64,000 nt of DNA from Octopus bimaculoides. Taxonomy: Eukaryota. A program made the translations under genes and the position numbers. Under the pieces are notes generated by a model, which saw nothing but the letters and a program-made list of their open reading frames with translations, made no database searches and was not told the DNA's origin. The stretch spans positions 10,043,030-10,107,029 of the forward strand of contig NC_069001.1 in assembly GCF_001194135.2 (NCBI RefSeq), in the 5' to 3' direction. Below, piece after piece: positions 53,366 to 64,000 of this stretch. Positions within the stretch are counted from its first letter, which is position 1. Every line of letters begins with the position of its first letter.

Positions 53366-53991
53366 GTATGTATATATATGTGTGTATATATATATACATA
53401 TACACATGCATGTATGTAAGTACATATCTTACATCCTTTAAAATACATGTATACTTATATCTATGCATATAAATATATATACATATATATATATATATAT
53501 TTATATATGTATGTATCTGTATGTGTGTGCGTGTCTGTTTGTGCGTGTGTGTGAGTGTCCGTGTGTGCATGCCTCTGTCTGTGTGTGTGTGTTTCTGTAC
53601 GAATGCTTAAGAAAACTTAAAGTTTCACAATAAACCAAAGCGTTTGTATGTAGATTTCATAGTCTGCTACAGTAGGCCTAAGCATTTGACATTTTCAAAA
53701 TATTATTGAGTTATTTTGGACTAGAAATATCGCTACATACTTCTTAAATGTCAGATGAAAATTTCAGTGGGATTTTTTTTTTCCTTCGTATTCTTAAGAG
53801 ATATAGAAAGTATTTAGAAAAAATACAAACAATTATTCTTGTATGTACGAGTCTTCTTCTGTTTGTATTTGCGAATTTTCTTCATGTTTCGTATATTTTT
53901 GCGTGAGAAGACGATTCAAAGAGGTGGAGTGTTTAGGCAATATTGTTCGTAAAATAAATCAGAGACAAGAATACATATATACATTTATACT

Positions 53992-54071
<80 letters not shown>

Positions 54072-54096
54072 CACACCCATCCTCACACTCACAGCT

Positions 54097-54128
<32 letters not shown>

Positions 54129-54220
54129 GTGTGTGCATATATGTATGTGTGTATGTATTTATGTACATGTGCATGTCTGTATACATATACATATATATGT
54201 ATATATATATATATATATGT

Positions 54221-54261
<41 letters not shown>

Positions 54262-54580
54262 ACAGCTGTAATGAGTATACGAACATTTTCTTAAATCAGT
54301 GCAATTTATGTTTGAAATCTAACTGGATGTTAATGAAAGTTTGAATTATATTGGTAAGGAATTATTTTGTATTGACCAATGCCAATAAAAGGGAAATTCA
54401 ATGATTCCATGTTTGCATTGCACTAACACTTGTTCACTCTCTTCCTCTATATATACTCCAAAAATAACAATATGTATATATATATATATATNNNNNNNNN
54501 NNNNNNNNNNNNNNNNNNNNNNNNNNNNNNNNNNNNNNNNNNNNNNNNNNNNNNNNNNNNNNNNNNNNTATATATTTGTC

Positions 54581-54893
54581 AAGGCACGTGGTTCGAGCGT
54601 TCGGCACACGATCGTAAGGCCGTGGATTCAATTCTCGGCGATGCGTTGTGTCCTTCAGCAAGACACTTTATCTCGCGTTGCCCCATTCAACTCAACTGGC
54701 AAAAATGAGTAGTACCTGTATTTCAAAGGACCGGCATAGTCACACTTTGTGTCAAGCTGAATCTCCCTGAGAACTACGTTAAGCGTACACGTGACTGTGG
54801 AGTGCTCAGCCACTTGCAAGTTAATTTCACGAGCAAGCTGTTTCATTGTTCGTATCAGCTTGGACCCTCGTCATTTTAACCGACGGAGTGCTC
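54581..54893 (+). mobile_element. SINE group D with tail type 2
   Basis: AAGGCACGTGG head, core GTGTCCTTCAGCAAGACACTTTAT, tail GCTGAATCTCCCTGAGAACTACGTTAAG.GTACACGTG.CTGTGGAGTGCTCAGCCACTTGCA.GTTAATTTCACGAGCA. Confidence 0.85.
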
Positions 54894-54899
54894 CTGATA

Positions 54900-55045
54900 T
54901 ATAACAAATCGACCCCAAGGCTTATATTTTTTAACTCTGGTACTTATTCTATCGGTTTCTTATGCCTAGCCGCTAAGTGACGGAGATGTAAACATACCAA
55001 CACCGGTTGTCAAACGGTGATTGGGTCAAACACAGACACAAAGAA
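54900..55045 (-). mobile_element. SINE group B tail-half fragment
   Basis: AAATCGACCCCA..GGTACTTATTCTATCGGT..CCGCTAAGTGACGGAGATGTAAACATACCAACACCGGTTGTCAA. Confidence 0.8.
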
Positions 55046-55112
55046 ACACACACATCATTCTCATTGCATTCCGTCGAATACATTAGTAATGGTGATAATT
55101 GGTGGATGTGGC

Positions 55113-55163
<51 letters not shown>

Positions 55164-55993
55164 TATCAAAGAATTGCTGTGGGCGGGGTAGAATTACACA
55201 ATGACAATAACAGAAACAAAAAAAACACACAAAGAAAAAAGCTGAAGCAGAATAAAAGAAGAAAATAAGCTAAGAAAATACTGTAATCGGTGAGATGTGT
55301 AAAGAGAGAAGAAAAATGGTAAAATGAAAGACAAGCAAACGGATAGGACGAACAAAAAGAGAAAAGAATAGAAAAGAATAAAAAAAAAAAAGAACGAGAG
55401 AGGAAGAAGCAAAAATAAGACGACAACATGAGTCTTTGGCGTTGTGTTTTCGGTTTCATGTGAGATCCAAAAGATTATTTAAACTGATATCAATGAGAAA
55501 ATGCTTGATGTTGCGGAGATGGAAATTATAAGGAAGTTAGGACAATGTGGCGGATAAGTAGAGAGAAGAGAAAGATGTGCGATTAGCTTTGAGGCTTTCA
55601 TTGAATATCGCTGATTAAGGAGATGATGAACTGGCCTCAGAGAATGGTAAGGAGAGACAGATAGATGAATAGATAGATAGATAGATAGAGAGAGAAATAG
55701 GGAAATATGCATGAGGCTAAGTGTGTGTGTGTGTGTATGTGTATCTGTGTGGATGGTGTTCCAGTAGCTGTGATAATGGATGATGACAGTACCATGATCG
55801 GTGGAAAACCCATTTATCAGATCACATCACACAAGCGCATTCACGCACAGGCTTATGCTCACACATGTGCACAACCGATGATGCGTATAAAAACACATGT
55901 ACAAGTGCACCTACACACACGCACACACAGACACACGTACCTACACACACACACGCGCATGCACACATACCTGCACGTATGATATATATACAT

Positions 55994-56034
<41 letters not shown>

Positions 56035-56399
56035 AGAATATCCATACATACGTATATATGTTTGTGTGTTTGTATCTGTGTATATACATATGTATATATA
56101 TATGTGTGTGTGTATGTGTGTGTTTATATATATATATATCAATATATATACTTATACATAATATATATCAATATATATACACATACATATATACATAATA
56201 TATATACATATATACATATATACTTATACATATCAATATATATATATATATACATATATACTTATACATATCAACATATATATATATATATATATATATN
56301 NNNNNNNNNNNNNNNNNNNNNNNNNNNNNNNNNNNNNNNNNNNNNNNNNNNNNNNNNNNNNNNNNNNNNNNNNNNNNNNNNNNNNNNNNNNNNNNNNNN

Positions 56400-56434
<35 letters not shown>

Positions 56435-56504
56435 CATATATATATACGTCATTATTAAGGCTGCAAAAACGTCACAAAAATATCGCAAAAAAATGTTACT
56501 CAGA

Positions 56505-56675
56505 GTTTTGGCAGCTTTAATAATAATGCATATTAGTCTACCACCGGTTTTGAAGGCTTTGGTCGTCCCGAGGCTAAATTACAATACACCCTCCCAAGGT
56601 GCCACGCTGCGAGACAGAACGTGGAATCATGTCTCATGTGGTTGGGAAGTAAGTTCCTTGCCACAAAGCAACGGT
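56505..56675 (-). mobile_element. SINE group B head half, diverged
   Basis: GAAGGCTTTGGTCG.CCCGAGGCTAA..CCCAAGGTGCCACGC..TGTGGTTGGGAAGTAAG. Confidence 0.7.
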
Positions 56676-57772
56676 AGAATCTATGTGTAAATTATTTTTG
56701 TCATGTCATAATGTCAGAATTCAGTAATTATTTTACATAATTAAGCAGAAAGCTGTTTCTAAAAAAAGGGATTAACCCAGCTTAATCAATCAGTGATGTA
56801 CCCAGCTGATGGGGTCAACAACGGAGTTCGTGTGTGTTAGCACGAAGGGCTAACACACATAGCTATGTATTCTTCAAACCGTAGTCTTTTGTCTTTAATC
56901 CCATGCATTTTTCAATAACCTGATACGGTAAGTGATGGCATAACTTGGATTCTAGGTCTAAAATATCATGGTTAATCTGTGAAAAAACTCCAAAATCCAT
57001 GATCTCAGGTATAGATATATAAATCTTAAGTAATGTTTTGCAGTTGATTATCAATCCATAAAAATCAGTAGTAATTGAACAAACCAATAAGGAATTGCAT
57101 TCCTTCCGTGTCCACCACTATCAATAACAATATCTAGGACTGCATTATCTAGTGAGCTCTTCCCGCTTTTTTAACGTACAGTAAGTTTCGACACATGTTG
57201 ATTCAACTTATCTTTTATAACATCTCCGGGGCTCTAATAAAGATGTCTTTGATGCGCAAGTCTGATATTTCTGCCTATTATGCTCTTTAGATTAATTAAT
57301 TGCTGAGTAGAAATGATGCAATGATACTGCTCATATGTTATGATCGATTTGCACCTAAATATATACAAAGTACTGAAAACAATTATTTCTGAATCGATAT
57401 CAAGCTGTACCCAGCATTAATGTCAAACTGCTTTTTCCATTATTGCAAACAACACTAAAATAACTGACAGACAGCCAAAAAGCACAAGAGGTGGCACATG
57501 GTTTACGGTACATCATGCTTTGTCCGTTCAGAATGTTGAATGCTAATGAAGCTTGCATTTTTCTGTTTCTTTTTCATGTTGATGAGAAAGAAATTCATCT
57601 GGGTTCTTTCGAGTGCATTTACCTAATACTTATTAGACTTTCCCTAATCAATTCAGTTCATGTCTTTCCTTTCCTGTAACTATCTCATGTAAAATAATCG
57701 AAATAAATATTCTTATAATTTCGATAATTCTCTTAATCCATTCTTTTATTGCTTTTATATTCCTGATTTCTG

Positions 57773-58100
57773 GAGGCGAAATGGCCCAGGGGTTAGGGCA
57801 GCGGACTCGTGGTCATAGGATCGCGGTTTCGATTCCCCGCCCGGGCGTTGTGAGTGTTTATTGAGCGAAAACACCTAAAGCTACACGAGACTCCGGCAGG
57901 GGATGGTGGCGAACCCTGCTGTACTCTTTCACCACAACTTTCTCTCACTCTTTCTTCCTGTTTCTGTTGTACCTGTATTTCAAAAAATGCCAGCCTTGTC
58001 GCACTGTGTCACGCTGAATATCCCCGAGAACTACGTTAAGGGTACACGTGTCTGTGGAGTGCTCAGCCACTTGCACGTTAATTTCACGAGCAGGCTGTTT
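57773..58100 (+). mobile_element. SINE with a different tRNA-like head and body but tail type 2
   Basis: Head GGAGGCGAAATGGCCCAGGGGTTAGGGCAGCGGACTCG..GGTTTCGATTCCC with a unique body. From ~57965 it is near-identical to the 54710-54840 tail. Truncated by a gap. Confidence 0.85.
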
Positions 58101-58379
58101 NNNNNNNNNNNNNNNNNNNNNNNNNNNNNNNNNNNNNNNNNNNNNNNNNNNNNNNNNNNNNNNNNNNNNNNNNNNNNNNNNNNNNNNNNNNNNNNNNNNN
58201 NNNNNNNNNNNNNNNNNNNNNNNNNNNNNNNNNNNNNNNNNNNNNNNNNNNNNNNNNNNNNNNNNNNNNNNNNNNNNNNNNNNNNNNNNNNNNNNNNNNN
58301 NNNNNNNNNNNNNNNNNNNNNNNNNNNNNNNNNNNATATGAACTTATAAATAACTATATATATATGATTGACTATATAT

Positions 58380-58575
58380 TATGATTGACCGTTGACTGAA
58401 CACTATTCAATTTTTTTTTCTCCGTGTTTTTCTCCTTGTCCCCGTATTCTTTCTGTTGAAGAGCGTAGCTCGAAACGTCAAAGACTTTCCGTATTCCCGA
58501 GCGTCATACTAATATATACTTTTGTTATTTACACCACCTGTCCTCGTCTGTTGTTATTATTTGTATAATCTCCCA
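58380..58575 (+). mobile_element. Putative Penelope-like terminal-repeat fragment carrying the hammerhead motif
   Basis: T/C-rich, non-SINE sequence surrounding the motif at 58448-58484. Assignment rests on that motif. Confidence 0.45.
58448..58484 (+). ncRNA. Minimal type I hammerhead ribozyme-like motif (Penelope-like type)
   Basis: TCTTT CTGTTGA A GAG-CGTAG-CTC GAAA CG TC AAAGA. Perfect 5-bp stem I, core CUGUUGA (A6 to U), stem II, GAAA, ACGT palindromic stem III, GUC site. Confidence 0.7.
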
Positions 58576-59917
58576 TATATATATATATATATATATATAT
58601 GTACGTATGTATGTATATTTTCACACACACATATAACTGCATGTGCATGTGTGTGCATCTGTGTCTGTGCGCGTGTCTAATAGATATACATATAGCAATG
58701 TGTGTACATGTGTTTCTGGACATATACAATTGCACATTACGCGTGTGGTCTGTCGTCGTTCTAAAACACACACACACCTACACACGCGCGCACGAAAATA
58801 CCCTCACAACACAAATGCGCTCAATCCCTCTCTTACTTTGTCTTTACGTCTGTCTGTTTCTCTCATGTACATACACACATATATATATATATTGTGTGTT
58901 CACTATTTTTATTACTCTCTCTTGTGTTCAATGTCTTTCCCCTTTTGTACATATTATCTTCATATCGCTGTTTATGATACTCTAATATCTGAATGCGTCC
59001 AGGCGTACAGAACATTTTTCAAATATATCACAAACACAAATTACTTGAATATGTCTGTGTCATCGTAAATAACTTAGTGTGTGTTTCTAATCATAGATGA
59101 AACTTTTCAGCTTCATAGAAATCATAGGGGCACATAATCTTATGTGTAATTTTTAGCCAAAACACAGCTATAAGTCATATAGTAATTTATATATATGTAT
59201 ATATATTTATATATGTCTCCAATATAATATTCTTTCTTTTTCTCCCCCATTGCCATTTCCAGCTACATTAAGAGAAAACAAATAGGCCTTTCATAATACT
59301 ACTTCATCTTATGTTTCTGTAGAATAACTTGTATGAGGAAAACTTGCCAAATAATATTACGAGCGTATAGTAATGTCGGAATGCATAAAGTATGAGAGAT
59401 ATTCAGATGAACATATGTAGAGGGTAGGCGTTGGTTAGGTTGGCTGTAGATGGCCCATAATAGATAAGATATGTAAAGAAGTATGCTATAGAATGATATA
59501 TCGAGAGAAATATGAGAAAACGTCGCGCAAAACACTTAAAGAGATTCAAATGGGCGGATGAATTTCAAGGCGAACAGGGGTTATAAAGAATTGCAGTCAA
59601 TATTAAAGCTACTAAATATTTCCAATTGACATGAAAGTTCGCGAGTCATTTATTGCTATAATATACAATGATTAGTTGCGCTCTGTAGGTTAGCCATTTT
59701 ATGATGATTTTTTGCTTGACTAAGAATTTATTGCAAAGCTAGGAAAATCTTTATTAAATATAATCTAGCAGTTTTCTGTTTAAACTGCCGTTTCTTGATT
59801 GTGTAGTGTGAATAAAATTATTCTCGTTGACAAAGTTTTGGCAAAGACGAGTAGGAAAGTGATTTTGTTTCGGATAAAGGTAGCAGATAGCTGATTTGCT
59901 TAAAGTACAACGGATGT

Positions 59918-60080
59918 GTGATCAGACTCGCATTTACAAAGACACGAAACAAATTTAGTATAATAAAATCAAACAGGAATGAAAAAGAAGAAATATGTAA
60001 ATATCGACCATTATCTACTTTCGCCGTTGATTCATTTCCCTATACTCTACTTGATAGACTTGTAAGGCTAAATTGTACAT
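59918..60080 (+). mobile_element. Possible L1/Tx1-like RT fragment
   Basis: KEEICKYRPLSTFAVDS..LLDRL resembles the (N/K)YRPISLLNVDYK..L.RL motif at the start of non-LTR RT domains. Confidence 0.3.
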
Positions 60081-61198
60081 TTATGCTTTTTGAAATTAGT
60101 CATGTTTTCGCTTTGGAGTACGGATATATCTATTCAACAGTAAAAGTCTTTGTCATTCAGCGTCCCATTACGTAATATTATTGTAAACGACGCTGTGCCA
60201 CTGTTTCGTATTTTGCATAATTTTAACATAAACTTTCCATTTAACAATAGATAACGGAGTTTCAAATCGTCTGAAGTCAACTCTTGCATATATATGTCCG
60301 CATACATACATAAATACATAAATTCATACGATACGTACGTGCTTCCATAGCTAAAGTTTTACATACATACATAATACATACATATATATGTACGTATGTA
60401 TATGAATATATATGTATATGCATGTATAAGAATATATTTATATATGTATGTACATATATATTTATATACATACGTATGTATATATATACATATATATATA
60501 TATGTATACACACACACACACGTATGCTTTTTCTTTCAAGATGTATAACTCCGTCCGATGGTCTATTGTATTGATGTTAAACTATAGAACTATAGAAATA
60601 TGTGGTAGCTATATCTATATAATTCTTCGCGTATTATTACTTATTATTGCATTCATCTACATCAAATTATTTCTGCTCCCTCAAGCAATATGAGCACGAA
60701 ACACGCTCACACATCCATACACTCCACTAGGACTCGCAGGTACACACACACACAATAACACACACATACACACACACTGAGTGGAATGCGCATTTTCCCT
60801 CTTTCTCTCTCACACACATCTACACACTCACACACACACATACGGACTCTCACACACACATTCATACCTCACAGAAATATATACACTCACTCAGGTACAC
60901 AGAGAAACATACACGTAGCAAACAAATTATACACATTACGCAGCTTTTACAATATTACGAGTGTATATATGTGTGGGCGAGTCTGCGTGCATGGGTGTGT
61001 TTGTGAGTCTATGTGTATGCGCATGTGTCTGTTTCTATAGATGTATATATTTACTTACATATACCGTATGTATGTATGCACATATATATATACATATGTA
61101 TATATATGCATATAAGTATATATATATACATATGTATATATATATATGCATATAAGTATATATATATATATACATATGTATATATATATGCATATAAG

Positions 61199-61231
<33 letters not shown>

Positions 61232-61317
61232 TTACTTATATACATATGTGTATATACATACGTACGGTATATTTAAGTAAATATATACATTTATACAGAC
61301 ACACGCGCATACACACA

Positions 61318-61419
<102 letters not shown>

Positions 61420-61434
61420 GTATGTATATATAAT

Positions 61435-61660
61435 CATTTATTCTTTTCTTGTACATGTTTCAATCACTTGACTGCGGCCACGCTGGAGCACCAACTATTG
61501 TCGAAGACATGGACCCCAGGTCTTATTCCTTGTAAGCCTAGCATTTATTCCACCGGTCTCTTTTGCCGCTAGGCTACGGGGACGTAAGCACACCCGCTAC
61601 GGTTGTCAAGCGACGGTGGAGGACAAACTCAGACACACAAGTATATGCACACACACATAC
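61435..61660 (-). mobile_element. SINE group B tail half ending in a CA tract
   Basis: CACTTGACTGCGGCCACGCTGGAGCACC..GACCCCAGG.CTTATTC..GTAAGCCTAG..TACGGGGACGTAA.CACACC..GGTTGTCAAGCGA. Confidence 0.85.
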
Positions 61661-61860
61661 ACATATATCCAGTGGCGGACTGGCCAGGTTGCCGGCTTGC
61701 CCGATGGTAAGTGGGGCCCCTGAGCCTTTAGAATACATATATGGGGACCCATGTTAGTATCTAAGTTTGAGAATTTTTTTATTCACTCCTGGAAGAATGC
61801 ATTAATTATTTCAGCATGGCTGTGTTTCTAGACAGTTGACATAGCTGTGTTTCTAGACAG

Positions 61861-62077
61861 GTCTCAAAGTGTGGCACAAGGCCAGCAACTTTTGGAGAGT
61901 GGATAAGACGATTACATCAACCTCATTACTCAACTGGTACTTTTCTTATCGGCACCCCGAAAGTATGAAAGGCAAATTCGATCCCGAAAGAATTTAAACT
62001 CAGAACGTAAAAAAAGAAAGAAATGCAGTTAAGAATTCTGTTGGGCGTTGTTAGCAATTTTGTACTCTTGCCGCCTT
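61861..62077 (-). mobile_element. SINE group A, full length
   Basis: GGCACAAGGCCAGCAA tail, CAACTGGTACTT..CCCCGAAAGTATGAAAGGCAAA core, head ending GCCGCCTT. Confidence 0.8.
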
Positions 62078-62099
62078 GCAATATTCAAAATACAATTTT

Positions 62100-62312
62100 A
62101 AGGCGGTGGGCTGGCAGAAACGTTAACACGCTGAGCGAGATGCTTAGCGGTATTTCGTCTGTCTTTCCGTTCTGAGTTCAAATTCCGCAGTGGTCGGCTT
62201 TGCCTTACATGCTTTCGGGGTCGATAAATTAAGTACCAGTTGCGTACTAGAGTTGATCTAATCGACTGGCTCCTCCCACAAAATTTCGGGTCTTGTGCCT
62301 AGAGTAGAAAAA
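62100..62312 (+). mobile_element. SINE group A, full length
   Basis: AAGGCGGTGGGCTGGCAGAAACGTTAACACGC..GTTCTGAGTTCAAATTCCGC..GGGGTCGATAAATTAAGTACCAGTTGCG..CTTGTGCCTAGAGTAGAAAA. Confidence 0.9.
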
Positions 62313-63779
62313 ACATTCAAGACAGCTGGCTTTCATTTCAGGGCGATTTGGCTGCTTGATATAGCAGGTCAAATTTCGCTTATTTTGCATTGACAATGAA
62401 GATGAAGCTAAGCATCATTTTGCATAAGCGGATTGCTAGAGACAAATGTTTTCTAGATGTCCATGTTTTCCGTGTTACTTTGAATGGGATTAGTTTTCGT
62501 GAATTATAGAAAGGCTGTGTTTATTGGTTGTCATTCTGTTGTTATTTCGAAAGGACGATATGTGAGTTAGAGATATCGTGAATTTGTCTGTGAAATATTT
62601 GTGAGGATGTAGATGAGAAGTCAGTCCTCCTGCATGATATGATGCCACCTGATTTATGGTAGAGCTTTAGAATTGTTATGGCTGCTCCCCTCCTCACCGT
62701 CCAAATATTTGATAATTGCAGTAGTCGTAGAAGTTAGTGATTGCAGTGATACTTCCAGGCTCTAATAGATTTGTGTATATAATTACGATTGAGGCTGACT
62801 GCGGATTTTGAAATTTTTGATTTCCTGACTGCTTTGTCAGATGACAATAACATACATGCTTCTTATTTTTTCCCCTCCTCTATTTGCCTGATTTTTGATA
62901 CTAGACATTCAAGAAGTGCCCAAGAAGGGGTTATTGCTTAGAATTGCAATGTAAATATGTTATTTGAGATTTTTTATTGTTATATCACTCTGGTGTGGCC
63001 TTGATTATTATTCATATTAATCTTTCTAATGAACTTATATATTTTATAGTTTCTATCGTGGTTTACGCTTGTCAGTTTTCTATTTTCCTAAAGTTTATCT
63101 TATCTGTTACACAAATTTGAAGTACGTCTATATTTTTGTTCTGTTGTGCTTGAAGTTTTTTCTGATTTCATCAAGTCCTCTATTTCTGATGAATAACTGG
63201 CGATGCAGTTTTTTATGTTGCAAAGTTGGGGATGCGATATATTTTTGTTGGTCTATCTATATATTCTTGAATGCATTTACTTCGGTAATATCCTGATGGT
63301 CGCAATTATGATGAATTCTAAAAACATTGATTCTATATTGTCAAGAATTTCCTTCTATTGGGTATTTTTGCTTGGGTTTCTGAATTACATTTTGCATTCT
63401 TCATTAAGGTGAAGTGAATCATAATGATGATTGATGAACAAAGCTAAGATTGCAGGCGCTTGGATCTATGAAAATTAACGTGAGTTTCTGGAAGCATAGA
63501 AGAAAGAATAAGGCTTGAAAAAGTGTTGTTGCCTGATTCAACTTCAACTGTACACTACCAAACTTATGTTCAATGCCGTTACAGACAAGTCTAATCTGTT
63601 TATTTTATTCAGCTATAATACTAATTTTACCAGGCAAATACATAGGAATCTGTTATGCACAATTACATAGAAATCTATTTTATCAGAAGCCATTTACATC
63701 CTCATAAAATCGATATTTTTACACTTATATACGTAGACTACATAGCTAAAGCCAATATATGATTTATTGCTCAAACATC

Positions 63780-63930
63780 TAGCCGTAAATGTGGCTGTGT
63801 GGTAAGGAGTTTGTTACTTAACTACATGGTTATGTGTTCGGATACACTGTGTAGTCTTCCAATCTAGCCTCGTGCCAACCAAAGCCTTGTAAGTGGAATT
63901 AGTAAACGGATATTGAAAACAAGTGTGTTA
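63780..63930 (+). mobile_element. SINE group B head half running into (TA)n
   Basis: ATGTGGCTGTGTGGTAAG..ACATGGTT..TAGCCTCG.GCC.ACCAAAGCCTTGTAAGTGGAATT.GTA.ACGGA. Confidence 0.8.
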
Positions 63931-63956
63931 TATATATAGATATATATTTCTCTCTC

Positions 63957-64000
<44 letters not shown>

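Larger units (their letters stand above)
5142..58335. other. 16 assembly gaps (N runs, ~5.2 kb total)
   Basis: 5142-5704, 8812-8871, 25856-26053, 27316-27710, 28584-28986, 31775-32274, 33040-33421, 35048-35872, 36760-37183, 40126-40403, 42004-42320, 43520-43613, 50504-50872, 54492-54568, 56300-56399, 58101-58335. Confidence 0.99.

Noticed and set aside
57773-57845. tRNA gene
   Set aside because: It has A- and B-box-like motifs but no complete cloverleaf and continues into a SINE body. It is a SINE head.

Overview
AT-rich, repeat-dominated eukaryotic scaffold segment, intergenic or within a very large intron. The heavy (TA)n/(CA)n/(TG)n load and the SINE families resemble what I recall from Octopus genomes. 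That is an inference from memory, not a database result. About 5.2 kb is N in 16 assembly gaps, most of them flanked by microsatellites. I can support no intact protein-coding gene: almost all ORF-track entries are microsatellite or N translations. Supported content: (1) a degenerate tRNA-Asp(GTC); (2) dozens of tRNA-headed SINE copies in three groups, labelled A, B and D here, with modular bodies and tails; (3) decayed mariner, DD37D/maT-like and Tigger-like DNA transposon remnants, plus weak LINE RT fragments; (4) several minisatellites and compound trinucleotide tracts; (5) one candidate exon. The most interesting signal is two distinct minimal type I hammerhead-ribozyme folds (9251-9290 and 58448-58484). 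Both have palindromic stem III and a GUC cleavage site, the architecture known from Penelope-like retroelements, and each carries one core lesion. Repeat boundaries are approximate (about +/-15 bp) unless stated otherwise.
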